Below the pieces are notes generated by a model. That model ran no database searches and was not told where the DNA came from. It saw nothing but the letters and a program-made list of their open reading frames with translations. A DNA stretch of 64,000 bases, taken from NCBI GenBank assembly GCA_013265495.1, contig MU058636.1:3087967-3151966 (forward strand), written 5' to 3'. The stretch's first letter is position 1; each line of letters opens with the position of its first letter. Origin of the DNA: Vicugna vicugna (taxonomy: Eukaryota). Below are positions 48,126 to 59,900 of the stretch, piece by piece. A program made the position numbers and the translations under genes.

Positions 48126-50280
48126 TTTTTAACTTTATTATGGATAATTTCAAACACATAAAAGTCAAGGGAGTAGTATAATGAAACCCCAGACACCCAT
48201 CACCCAAGCCTCAACTCATAGCCAAGCACGTGTCATCTGTGCCCCCCAATTTATCACTCCTCTCCCAGATTATTTTGAAACAAATCCAAGACACTGCAAC
48301 TTTTCATCCATAAAGATCTCAGTAGCCTCCCTAAAAATAAGGACTTAAAAAATTACACCAAAATTATTATCACACTTGAAATTAATAATCTGTTAACATC
48401 GTCAAATACCCAGTCAGTGTTCAAATTTTCCTGATGGTCTCTTATATGTTTTTAATTTTTACAGATAATTTGTTCAAATCAAAACCAAACAAGGACCTCC
48501 CCCTCCAAAAAAAGACCAAATAAGCAAAAAAAAAAAAAAACCCAAAACAAACAAAAAACGAACAAGGCGCACACATTGAATTTGGTTGACATGCTTTTTA
48601 AAGTCTCTTTGGGTCTATAGATTTCCCCTCCCTTTTGTTTCCCTTAACATCTGTTAAGAAACATCTGTCTTTCATCCTATAGAATCTCTCACATTCTGGA
48701 TTTTGCTGATTGCATACCCAAGGTGTGATTTGACGCCTTCTTTTCTCACTTGTAAGTCTCTAAACTGTTAGTTTACGTCTTACATCAAAGGTTTGGTCAG
48801 ATTAAGGTCTGATTTGGGGTGGGGGGCAAGAGCACTTTGTAGGTGCGGCTGTGCCCCGCCTATTACGTCACCTGTGACCTCAGGCTCGGCTGTGATGCGT
48901 CTGTGATGTTAAGGTTGTCAGTGTGTTGGGTGCCGTCCACCTGCTCTACTCACCGTGAGGTTCCTCATCAGCTTTTTGCTTAGGGGTTTTCACAGTTACT
49001 GATGGCCACTGCCTAGACCCATTATTTCATTAGGAATTACAAAATAATACTATTCTATCATTTTGTTACGGAGTGACTTATGTCCCCCCGAGAATCATAT
49101 GTTGAAATCCTAGTCCCCGGTATCTCAGAACGGGACCTTATTTGGAAATAGCATCGTTGCAGATGGAATTAGTTACGATGAGGTCACAGTGGAGGAGAGT
49201 GAGCCCCTCCTTCAGTATGACCGGTGTCTTGACAAATAGGGGAAATTTGGATACAGAGACAGGGGAAACACTGTGTGAAGACTGGAGTTACACGGCCGCA
49301 AGCCAAGGAACACGCAGAAGCCAGGAGGCAGGCCTGGGGCAGACCCTCTCCCCACCGACACCTTGATCTCGGACTTCTACCTGCCAGATCTGTGAGACCA
49401 CACACACTTCTGTTGGTTAAGGTGCTCAGATTGTGGTACTTTGTTAGAGCAGCCCTAGGACACTAATTTGTGTTCCTTCTGCAGTTTTTGGTGGTTATTC
49501 TTAAAGAAGGAGAGAGATTTTCTCCTGTCAATTATTTGGTTACTCTGAGGTGCAGTTCATATAGGAAGTTCAGGCTGTGTGCTTGGTTCTTTCCTGGAAG
49601 TCAGTGGTTTTGGAAGAGTGAATGGTTTCCTAGCATCCTCCAAAGGTGACCAGTGGAGCTTTATAAATTTAGTAGCATTATAAATTAGAGATTTTAAAAT
49701 AACTGGTGTGTCTCAATCCATTGTAGCTATTAGTCTTTTTGATGATCAAATTGCCCCCTTTTGGCCAGGGATAGTCCCTTCCGGATGACTCCTGAGTCCT
49801 CTGGAAGAGTCTGCAACAGTTGATGGCTTCCTTGCTGTTTGATACAGGAGGATGTCCCAGGTTCATCTTGCTGCAGCCTTGCACGCTGCCGTTTCCCTAA
49901 GGGCCTCTGGCGCTCTTTGCTGGGAAATGATATTTAGAGACCACAGTCTGTGTGCTGGGAGACTCACTGCTGCCAGGGTGATTGCTATTTCTAGACCTTT
50001 TTAGTGGATAGAGCTAGAGAAACATTTTTAAGAAAACATCATGAGTTTATAATACTTGTTTCTTTTACTCTGAAAATTGTAGCTCTTAGGCATTAACTTT
50101 ATTCTAATAAATTATTTGGTTTATCAAATACATGTGTCTATATTATAATTTTATTATACATACAGGTAAAATATGGAATAGGCATATTTAATACCTTCAA
50201 AATAACGCAAGGGTTATTATTAACAGTAATAGTTTTGGAAACAGTTAAGATTTCTTTGTGACTCTTCTAGGCCTTGGATA
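48126..50280 (-). mobile_element. L1MC-type 3' region split by an MLT1 LTR
   Basis: ttttaactttattatggataatttcaaaca...acccatcacccaagc...; tctcacattctggattttgctgattgcat; ttcctagcatcctccaaaggtgacc; atttagagaccacagtctg are L1MC4-like blocks on both sides of the LTR. Confidence 0.8.
49064..49468 (+). mobile_element. ERVL-MaLR LTR, MLT1B-like, nested in L1MC
   Basis: tgttacggagtgacttatgtcccccc...catatgttgaaatcctagtccccggtatctcagaa...ttatttggaaatag...gtggtactttgttagagcagccctaggacactaat. Confidence 0.9.
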
Positions 50281-51082
50281 TATAGGCAGGATGGGGACTT
50301 GCTAGCTTAAGGGAGCGCGCAGTGGCCGTGCAAGTCCTTCCCTCCTCATTCCAGCCCATTCACAGACTCAGAACTGACAGCAACTTCGGGCTCATGGACT
50401 AGAGGCCCTCGTCAAGGCCACAGTTCTGACAGCTTGCTGACCTCCATCCAGCCTGTGCTGGGCCATCTTGGAGAACCAGGAGCTCCCCATCGCACAGGAC
50501 AGGCTCGCTACTCAGGGATGGACTCAGCTGAGAGGCTGTTAGACATACAGCGCTCCCCATGTGGATGGACTCTCGCGTCTCCAGGTGGGGGTCCTTGAGG
50601 GCAGGAAGTCTGTCTTTCATCTCTGGACACCAAGCCCCCAGCACCGTTTCTGGCATATTTTATTTACTTGCTTTTATTTATTTATTTATACCCCTACCTC
50701 ATTTCAGAAAAGGATTTGAGGCAACTGTCAGTTAAGGCTGAATGTGTTTGCTGAATGAACGAAAGCAGGTGCACAGGAAAGAGCAAATGAATAGGTGATT
50801 TCCAGACCTTTCCAACACTCCCTGAACTCCTCAAGATAAATCCCAATATTACAAAGGGCACGGCCCGTGCAGAGTACAGGGAGCTCTTACGTCCCTTGAA
50901 CGAGGCACTCCCCAGCTGGAAATGCAAACTAGCTTTGCAGTGGCTCTTTGGACCTCGACTGATGATTTATAGTCGGCCTGCCATAAGCCAAACCTTCCAT
51001 GGCTTTCTCACACTAACCACATCTCTATCTGGCATTTGTGTAGTCAACTTTTTTTTTAAACCTGTTTAATATTTTTTGGTAG

Positions 51083-51084
51083 AG

Positions 51085-51115
<31 letters not shown>

Positions 51116-51119
51116 TAGA
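51083..51119. repeat. (AGAC)n/(AGAT) tetranucleotide microsatellite
   Basis: agagatagacagacagacagacagacagacagataga. Confidence 0.9.
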
Positions 51120-51149
51120 AAGTAGAGTTAGCTTTAAGCTATCAATTCA

Positions 51150-51470
51150 GAACATTAAATTGATTTGAGTCTAGTTTCGTTCTTCCAATCTATTGGCCAG
51201 TCCTCCCAGCTCTGTGTCATCTGAAAGAATGCCTTCAATTACTTGTAGTTGTCGGTAAAGCCTGGGATGATGTAACAGCCCTGTGACCGGCCACATCTCA
51301 CCTCTGAGACTTCTTGCCTCTGAATTTTCATCGACATGTTGCACCAATCTTCTGCCACTTAGACTGAATTTCTCTTCCTCTATTTGTTGCATTTCTCCTA
51401 GAGGATATCATGAGAACTTTGTAAATTACCTGCTGAAATCCAGCTCTGCTTTCTCTGTGCCAGTCTCTCT
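51150..51470 (-). mobile_element. CR1/L3 reverse-transcriptase remnant
   Basis: Minus-strand translation gives LDFSR*F..KV.HDIL and SDDTELGGLANRLEERN*TQ, matching CR1 RT motifs YLDFSKAFD.V.H.IL and FADDTKLGG..N.LEDR..IQ. Confidence 0.8.
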
Positions 51471-51829
51471 GGATCTATCAGAATGATTGCATCATTGAAC
51501 CACGGGGTCAGAAGCACATGCTAGATGTCATGCAACTCAGTACTTCACTGATGGAGAAACAGAAGGCAAGAGTACCTGCACAATTACCCACAATGAGCAC
51601 TCACACAAGCACCTGGGCAAGTACTGACAGTGAGTACCCAGTACGCAGTACTCATATGAGTACTCACTAAGTCCCTGGACTAGACATACTACGTTCCAGA
51701 ATACAAAAACGATCTGTCTGTGTGATCCTGGAAACACGGCGAGCAGTGTTTGGGGAAGTCTGAGGACAATTTCTGGAGAAAATTGGAAATGAGTGGACTT
51801 TGAGGAATGGGAATGATTTTGATAGAAAG

Positions 51830-52566
51830 AAAGATAGTCCCTTGAAATCGGGGAAACTGGAGCAATGACACAAGGCTGGGAATGCAAGTTCGGGACAGTT
51901 ACAGGAAGCAAAGGGATGGTAGCGGCTCACCTACCTGGAGAGGCCAGTGGTCCACCAGGACAGCCAGATCCAGAGGCGCTAAAGACATTATGTGAATATG
52001 TCCTTCCCTCTCTCGTCTCTGCTTAGGGTACTAACTCCTTTCTCAGGGAGGCTGTCCCAGAAATTCGTAACAGCAGCTATCAGAAGCCTGGTAGGGAAAG
52101 GGTACCCTTTTGTCAATAAATCCAGAAACTTCCCAGGGAGGGCTCTCATTGCCCTCCCCCTTGAATAGGGTTGCCAGATTTAGCAAATAAAAATTCAGAT
52201 GCTCCATTAAATGTGAATTTCAGATAAATAATGAATAATTCCTTAGTATGAGCATATCCCACATAATATTTGGGACATACACGAGAAAATATTTATTTAC
52301 TCAAAACCCACATTTAAATTGGAATCAAATCAAATAACAGCCTCTGTTTTATCTGGCAGTCCTATCCCTGCACCCATCCACGTGGCCAGGAGGATGAGGA
52401 GCTTAGCTGGCCCACCCTGGGTCATGTGCCCATGCCAGGGACCCCAGGAGTGGGGTCAGCTCCATCCTCACCCCGTGGACTGGGATTGGGGGGGCGGTCA
52501 CCAATCAGATGCTTCACCAGAGACAGACTGCATAGGTGTCTGATGGGCAGAAGGATGCTTCCCACA
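51830..52566 (-). mobile_element. MLT1K/L-like LTR remnant interrupted by MER53
   Basis: cccagggagggctctcattg...[MER53]...gtggccaggaggatg...ccctgggtcatgtgcccat...ggagtggggtcagctccat; left boundary approximate. Confidence 0.6.
52166..52364. mobile_element. MER53 (hAT-type MITE)
   Basis: TIRs tagggttgccagat...atctggcagtccta; internal ttagcaaataaaaat...gaatttcagataaa...aatatttgggacatac. Confidence 0.88.
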
Positions 52567-52707
52567 GCTTACTCCACGGACAGCAAGAAGGCCAAGATAA
52601 CAGGGAAAATGGTACTCAGGCAAGTGGGTCTTGCTTCTCTGCTCGCCCTGCCCCAATAATGTTGGGACTTTTCCATCTGCTTTTTCTGGGCCCCATGACA
52701 TATGCCC

Positions 52708-52824
52708 ACTAGTTTGTAAGCTCCTAGAGGAAAGGCCTGTGTGTCTTTTGTTCATCACTGTAATCTCATTGCTAGGCATATAGTAGAATCTCAATTAAAA
52801 ATTACTGAATGCCGAATGAATGAA
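52708..52824 (+). mobile_element. L2 3' end
   Basis: actagtttgtaagctcctagaggaaagg...tcttttgttcatcactgta...ggcatatagtag...ctcaat...gaatgaatgaa. Confidence 0.8.
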
Positions 52825-54059
52825 GTATGGCATGTCCTTTATACTTCCTTGGGCAAATTTAATTATTCACACTAGATGGGATTCTTCAAAAGAGCCCTTC
52901 AGAATGCTTTTACAGGAGCAACGATGATGCTCTGATAACAACAGCGGTGTTAACATGCTGTTCTCGCACAGGACCGGATCCCTCTGGCTTTCTCTCTGTG
53001 TTCTTTGGAAAGCTCATAAAGTCCCTGTGATAGTATCTCTGCAAGACAGAGCAGTGTTTTTTCCACTTTATGTACAAGGGAGCTGAATCACCAGAGGCTG
53101 GGTCACTCCATCAAGACCACAAACGGAGTGGAGAGACTCTGACAGAGCCTGGGATTCCCGTTTGGGGCTGGTTGGCCGTCTGCCTGAGAACTCTGTGTGT
53201 TTGGAAATCCTTTTTTGCTCTCTGTCCTGCAGCATTTCAGCTTGGAGAAAGTGGACCAATCCCTGGGGAAAGTTAAAGTGTGTCTACATGTTTGTTTCTG
53301 GCGAAATACAGACCTGGGTGTTCTACTGAATGACTGGCACATTTTCAGAAGGTAGATTTTGAGCACCATGGAAGGGAAGCTGGAGGAGAAGTCAGAAGAC
53401 TTGGGGTTCAGTCCTGGCCCTACCCATTGTCTCAGGTCCCTCCTGAGACAGGCTGGGGACAAAGGCAGCTCTGCCTGGTGACAGCTGAGAGCCCACGTGT
53501 ACCAGGCACTTCACAAATTACCTCACTGCCCTCCCAGGCCGAAGGCCTCTGTTGAGCAAGGGGGCCCAGCTCAGGGACAGTTTCATACCACAGTCAACGC
53601 AGGATACAATAATTTTCTGACAAATGGAAATAAAGCATCTTAAGGAAAGGGCTTCTTGTTCTACTTTGCCTAGAAGTCTCCTGCATGCTCCTTGGCCTGT
53701 TACAATTCCCATCCTCCAGAGGAAGACGCTTTGACTCACTAGTTTTTAGCCAGAGTAGAAGATGGTAACTGCCCCAGCTGGGATTTAAAGCCAGAGTGTT
53801 GGATTCCAGAGCCCTGTGCTCTTTCTGCTACACCAGCTGCCTCTCCAGGGGGCAGTGCGGCGGGAGTGGGAGGGTGGGTGGTGACATGGGGTGTGTCCCT
53901 AGAGCACCATGAAACTTGGGGACTCCCTGTTCGGATTTGCCTTTGAGCAGGAGGACCGGTGTTACCCATGAGCTTCTCCTGGTGGGGGCTGAGCTGTGGC
54001 CTTTAAGCAGGACCTCACACCCTACCACGACGGAGCCTGGGCGGCAGAGACTGGGGCCA

Positions 54060-55082
54060 TGTCTGAATCAGACGGCACTGACGGGAGAGCGCGGAGGCGG
54101 CCCGGGTACCACGCCCCCCGCAGTCTCCTGTGCACGTGCATCTCTGGTCTCCCCAGGGCCACCTCTCTGGGGACAACAAGGGGCAGAGGTGAAAACTGCG
54201 TAGGCTTTAGGCTCCTGGCCCCACGCCCAGTTTTGCTTTGTCCCTCGTGGCCCCTCCCCCTGCTTGCTCCCTCATGCTCCTGCCGCTGACTTGCTCTGCC
54301 CGCCACAGCGGGCTCCCAGCCTGTCCCCTAAATGACTCTGGCCTTTCAGAGGAAGTTTAGAAGCTCCGCAGGCCTTTGGCATTTCTTTTATGCGCGAGGA
54401 GTTCAAGAGTGTAAGCGATCCTCACTGAGTCCCCGCAGGTGACTCGGAGACAGAGCGGAGGGAGATGCCGGCTTCCGCCCGCGGCAGTGCTGGGCGGCCC
54501 GCAGGGGGCTTAGCAGCGTAAGGCATCCTTCCCCCGGAAATCTCCATCGGGGCCGCCAAAACCAACCCAAGAAGCACACAGTCTTAGCTTAGCAGAGGCC
54601 AAGTGCTTGCTGTGCACACCCAGAAGCCCTTACCTGCCCCCATGTCAGGCACGTCTTTGCCTTAGAGCCTCCGCGTTAGAAGCCCTGGAGCCGCCCCCAT
54701 CATTGCAGTCGGCCCCCAGTCTGCTTCAGCTGCCCGGATTGAAGGCCAGGTGTACTTCCACCTGCTTTCTGCACTAATCCAAGGTGAGCTCCCCTTCCCC
54801 GCTCCCAGCCCGGAAGCCACAGACATGCCATCCAAGCCTAGACGCTAAAATAATTGTCCCTCACCTGATTCTGGGCAACAGCAGCAGGCTGACCATTGCT
54901 CAGAAGTGAAGACCGGAACAAGGGGCACGGCCCGAGGCCGCCGGCTGTGAGCACGCCAGGCTGCTGCCCAGCACCCCGGCCGTGACCCCACAGCAGCGCG
55001 CTGGGCCCCGGACGCGGCGGGGGCACGGTCAGCGGCCGGGGTACTGGCAGCTCCAGATGTGTGGGAAGTGGGGCTGCCGTCA
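54060..55082. other. CpG-enriched GC-rich region (possible weak CpG island)
   Basis: CpG clusters at 54070-54135, 54430-54555 and 54910-55080, outside recognisable repeats. Confidence 0.45.
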
Positions 55083-56832
55083 AAGAAAAGGAAGAAAAGC
55101 CACTGCATCTAAGATGCCCTGACCACACAACAGAAAAGGGGAACTCTTTTGACTCTTAAGGGCTGTTTTCAGGAGTCAGTGAGTGAAGTTGAGCCTGGGC
55201 CCGACCAGCCACTCAGTCTCCCTAGTAACTCGAAGTTTCTGGAGCATGTGGTCCCCAAAGTAATCGGGCCCTGCCAGACTGTGACACTGATTCTAAAGTC
55301 GTTTAGAGAATACATGAACCCACATGCACATAAGTATGTCCATATAATTATTTTTCTTTGTAAGGTAGGCCAATTAGTGCCTTTCAGGGAACTCTTACAA
55401 AAAGTACCCCCAAAATGTTTTAAGTGGCCAAATGGCTTTTGTCTTAGCCGTGGTGGGGAGGCCCTGTGGCCTGGTGGAAAGCACCGTGAGCAAAGAACAC
55501 AGACACTGGGGTTTTAGCACCATCTCCTAGAGCGAGCAATTCTGAGCTGTTGGGCATGTGACTTGACACCCCTGTGTCTCGTATCTACAAAACCAAAAAT
55601 GGTTGGATTATCAGAGCTCTGAGCTTAGTCGCTGTTGGTTTCATCTGTAAGTGGGACCTGCTACAATGATGTGTGATTTCCTCCAAGGTCAGGAGGTGAC
55701 GTCGAGCCAAGTGTGGCGAGTGGAGATGAACTGGGTGGTACAGAATAGGAGGGGTCCCTACCCACCAAGAGATTTTACTTTTATTTTATTCGTTGCATTT
55801 TATTTAGCCCACGGAAAAGCTGTCTCAAAGTCCAGTGTCATCGAAGAGGAAAACAGTGCCACGGGGGTGAAAGATGGGAGAGGCCCAGCCCCACCCCCTG
55901 CCCCTCCAAGTACCTCCTGCCCCAGTGGAATGGGGGTTGTTTCCTGGACAAGCCCCTGAGAGTCTGCTTTCTTGGATAGAGCTGAAATTCCTTGAAACAC
56001 GCCCTACTCCAATGAGGGAAACAATGCTACAGAGGATAAAATACACTAATGTCTTGAACTGGGAACAGGGCAATTGAATGCAAAGGTTTGGGATTCTTGG
56101 GTAAAACCTAGAGGAGAATAAACAAAAAAAGAGGGGAAAGCAAGGGAGCAGAGACTCCAGAAAGCGACAGAAGGAGGCAAGGAGGGACATTTTGTGAAAC
56201 AGGAACAGATGAGAGGCAGGTGGAGCCCCGGCATTGGCTGCCTGCCTCCAGGGAAAGGCCCTGAGCAGGTGGACTTTCTAGAAATCATAAAAGCAAGTGA
56301 CAGGAGGAGGAAGTGGGACACTGGGCTCACTCCCCAGGCACTGCTGCTGATGGAATCCAGAGCAGGGGGAGATGCCTGGAGCAGCGGGTGCAGAGGGCAC
56401 ACCAGCCTTCGCAACTCACTCTCTTTCCTGGTCCCACCCAGGGAAACAGCTCCCTTGTCATCAGCTCTGATTCGCATTATTATTTTTTAAAGACTTTAAA
56501 ATACTATTTTTACCCAGAGCACATTTTTTTCTTCCAAAGGAACAAAGAGATCACAACCCACATGCTCCTCAAACTGGCAGCCCCAAGAAAAGGCAGGGCT
56601 GGAATTTGCATAGCGAGGGCGCTCCATCCCCACATCCCCGCCTCTCCTCATTCCCACGGAAATGAAACCAGGAGGAATGCCGCAGGCTTGCTGTTGTCAC
56701 CCCTCCTGAAACACACGAGCAAAAATAGTGTGAAATGGGGAATGATGGCGCTTCACAGCCAGTGTGATCATCAGTGGTACTTTTGGCCATTAATAGTTAG
56801 TGTTACAGTTCTAAGAATGGGAGGGGCTCTTG

Positions 56833-56885
<53 letters not shown>

Positions 56886-56901
56886 ACACACACACACGCA
56901 C
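56833..56901. repeat. Compound (CT)n(CA)n microsatellite
   Basis: ctctctctctctctctcacacacaca...cacgcacacgcacacacacacacgcaca. Confidence 0.95.
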
Positions 56902-59900
56902 AGCCTGGTAGCCTGGGTTTTACCACCACAAAGAAATTCTCTTTTGCTCTTTCATGTTTCCAACATCCCTTAAAATTTCCGAGGCAGCTAATTAAGCATT
57001 ATCGGGTCATTCATTCAGCAGTTTAGGAAAGGCTGAAACTTCCAATCTGCTATTCTTGACTTTCTTTTCCTCGAAATAGCCAGCGCTTAGGACTCTTGTT
57101 CAGAAACATCGATACAGTGTCCTTCCTGTTTTCCCAGGTGACTAGGTACAAGTTTGATGGTGGTTTAAGTATTACCTCTGATGTGCGTGTGTGCATTACA
57201 TATACATTTGGGGGTTTTTTTTGAGAGCCCCCAGTCTATCTTAACTTTCTGAATTTCTCTTAAAATGGAAAATATTCAAAGTATTACTCATACATTCATT
57301 TTAGAAATGGGAGGCAAAGGGAAAGCAATGATTCATTCTAACACCAGAGACAAAGAACAAGCCAAGGTCAGAATGGCTTCTTCTCAGGCCTTTGAGCTTT
57401 GGATGAAGATCTCGGTGTCCCCATGTGGGAGCTGCATGGGGTGTCCCCCAGGCCCGCTTAGGCCTCGCTGTCCACCTCACCCTACCCTCATCTGGGAGAT
57501 CTTGGTTGGTGCCTGCCTGGGACCTTGCACATGACCCATAGGGCATCTTGGTTCCGTGTGGGGATCTCACCTATCAGAGGCTGCAGGCCAAGTGGACAGG
57601 GCCCGGCTGAGCTCATGAGACGTCCTGGCCCCCAAATCCACACAGCATTTCAGGCACAGGGAAACAAGAGAGGCACTGAAAATGTATGAGAAAGAAGTCC
57701 AGATCTGCCTTAAGGAAAGCCCATTATTGGACATTTGCTGCAGAGGAAACAATAAATCAGAGTAATGATCCTTAGAACAGACACCTGATAACATTTTTTG
57801 TACAGATAAGCCGGTCTGTCTTAAAGAAGGATATGAAACAGATCCGTCAACCCCAGGCGAACTAGGTTTGCTAAACAAACTGACAATTAATAGATAGCCT
57901 GGAAGGTAAACACCATTCAGGGAAGAGTCACTAAAAGGCTGATGTTTTAAGAGGGGGTGTTTACTTTAGGAAAGAGAAAATGAAGTCAAAATATCAAGGA
58001 CTAGATAGGAAATGCACTCTTCCCGGCTCCGCCCCCGGGTGTCAGGTTCTGACCCAACCCCTGCTCTTACAGCTGAAATCCTACCTTATGAATCACTTTA
58101 CCGGAAAAATCACCTCTCCTTAAATGTCTGGCTTTTAAAGGGTTAACTCACTCTTCACTGTGTTTATTGTAAATGAGATAAGGTCCTTTTTTAAAGTTGA
58201 GACAACTTTCAAAACACATAATTGACACCTGGAAAGATTGGCTATTACTATACAATAACGTGATTTAAAGCAATCTCCTGGGGGCATACCGAGCCCGCAC
58301 CCCTGACGACTTGCATATTTGTTGTTTGTTCACCCGGAGACGAAGAGTAGGATTCAGCTCAAACTCGGGTTCACCGGCACGTGCGTTAACCGTGGGCTTG
58401 GTTTGTGAATCTATTCCTGACATTAATTGTTTAAGAGGGAGCTTTTTTGATGATTCTGATCAGGAAATCATGCTGATTTTCACAACGATGTTCTGATTTC
58501 TACCAGTGTCTCTTTTTCCACCAGTTGTGCAGGCAAGCAGGGGCAGGCCCTCCCTGGAGTAGGTGGACGGCATCCTGAAACAGCAGGGCACTGCCCCATC
58601 TCTCCACTGGCCGAAACTCCTCATCGCCTCAGCACATCCTCCCGTTCCTAGGAGTGCTCTTGACATGAAATTCATCCTTGTCACCACAGTGCAGCTGGAA
58701 CGGTCTCCATGCCAACTCAGGCTCTGCAGGTCCCAGGGAGAAGGGTGCGGGAACACTGCAGAAGGCAGATATGCTGCGTCTTTATCTGACTTGGCCTTCT
58801 CCATCCCTCTTGCCAAGCGGTCAGGTGGTCAGCTGGTCTCCTCTGCCCCTCTAGCATCCTTCTTTCCAGTAGGATTAGAGTCAGAGAAGCGAGCATCCCT
58901 GGTTCTCAGCATCCGTCTCTCCCCAAGTCCCTGCGTCCTTTGTTTCTCCAGGATGTGCACACTCTGCATGTCTGGCTCCAGGGCTGGGAAAGGGGCTCCT
59001 ATTTCTTCCTCTTCGGCACCATCTAGAGCCAAGGAGTGGCTTCCTGTGGTGTTACAGGCAAGCCACGTCTGCTGCCACCCCCTATTTTGGCCATCACTCT
59101 GCCCTTGGGGTTTGGGTGGCTGTCCCTGTCTGTCACCTCCATCTCTGGCAGCAGTACTCTGCCCAACTCCCACCCAGAGGCCGTGCCCTCCACTCTGCCC
59201 TCCAGGGTTCCTGCTAATCTAATCCTCTTCCTGCGAGTGGGGCATTGCCTCTCTATGGGCACCTCTGCAAGCTGACCCAGCATGTCCCTGTCTGCCTGAC
59301 ATCCAGGTCTTGACCTCAGCCTGAGGTCCTGCTCACAGTGCTCTTGTCTCTGAGGGGACTCTTCCTCTTTGTTCTGGAATTCCTAAGGTTAAATACCCAT
59401 GTGATCTTCCCTGCCAGCTCTAACTCTGGGGCCAGCTGTTTCTCTGAAGCTGGATGGCTTCCCCCAACTCAGCCTGATGGGTGGACCATCTCGGTCCCTC
59501 CCTGTCTACCCTGCGGTGCTGGGAGCGACGGGGCTGGAGCCATGCCAACCCTCGGCCTTCCATGTGGACGTCACACATAAGGACACATCAGAGCAGCCTG
59601 AGACAGGGCGGCAAATGCCCAGCCATCTGGCCATGTGAGAGGCTCCTGGCTGTATGACTCCTCCCAGTTTCTGCAACAGCGGTGAACGAGGATGTTCCCC
59701 GCCCTGCTTCCAAGGGGCTGCAGATGGGGCCGCCTGGCCAGCGCGGACCGCTTGCCATGCTGCTCTGAATGAGCTCCCTCTCTCAGCGTTTGCATTCAGG
59801 TTTGGCATTTGGGGTGTCTGGGTGCTGCAGAGACCTTTTGCACCTTCCCATTAGAACATGTTCTCTCTCTCTACTGTGAGAAAGAGAATGCAGCAGTGCT

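Noticed and set aside
56313..57026. 237-aa ORF with an HTHTHT tract
   Set aside because: The repeat is the translated (CT)n(CA)n microsatellite; no protein family resemblance
58563..59222. 219-aa ORF (and the 215-aa ORF at 36220-36867)
   Set aside because: Pro/Ser/Leu/Cys-rich translation of pyrimidine-rich non-coding DNA with alternative start codons
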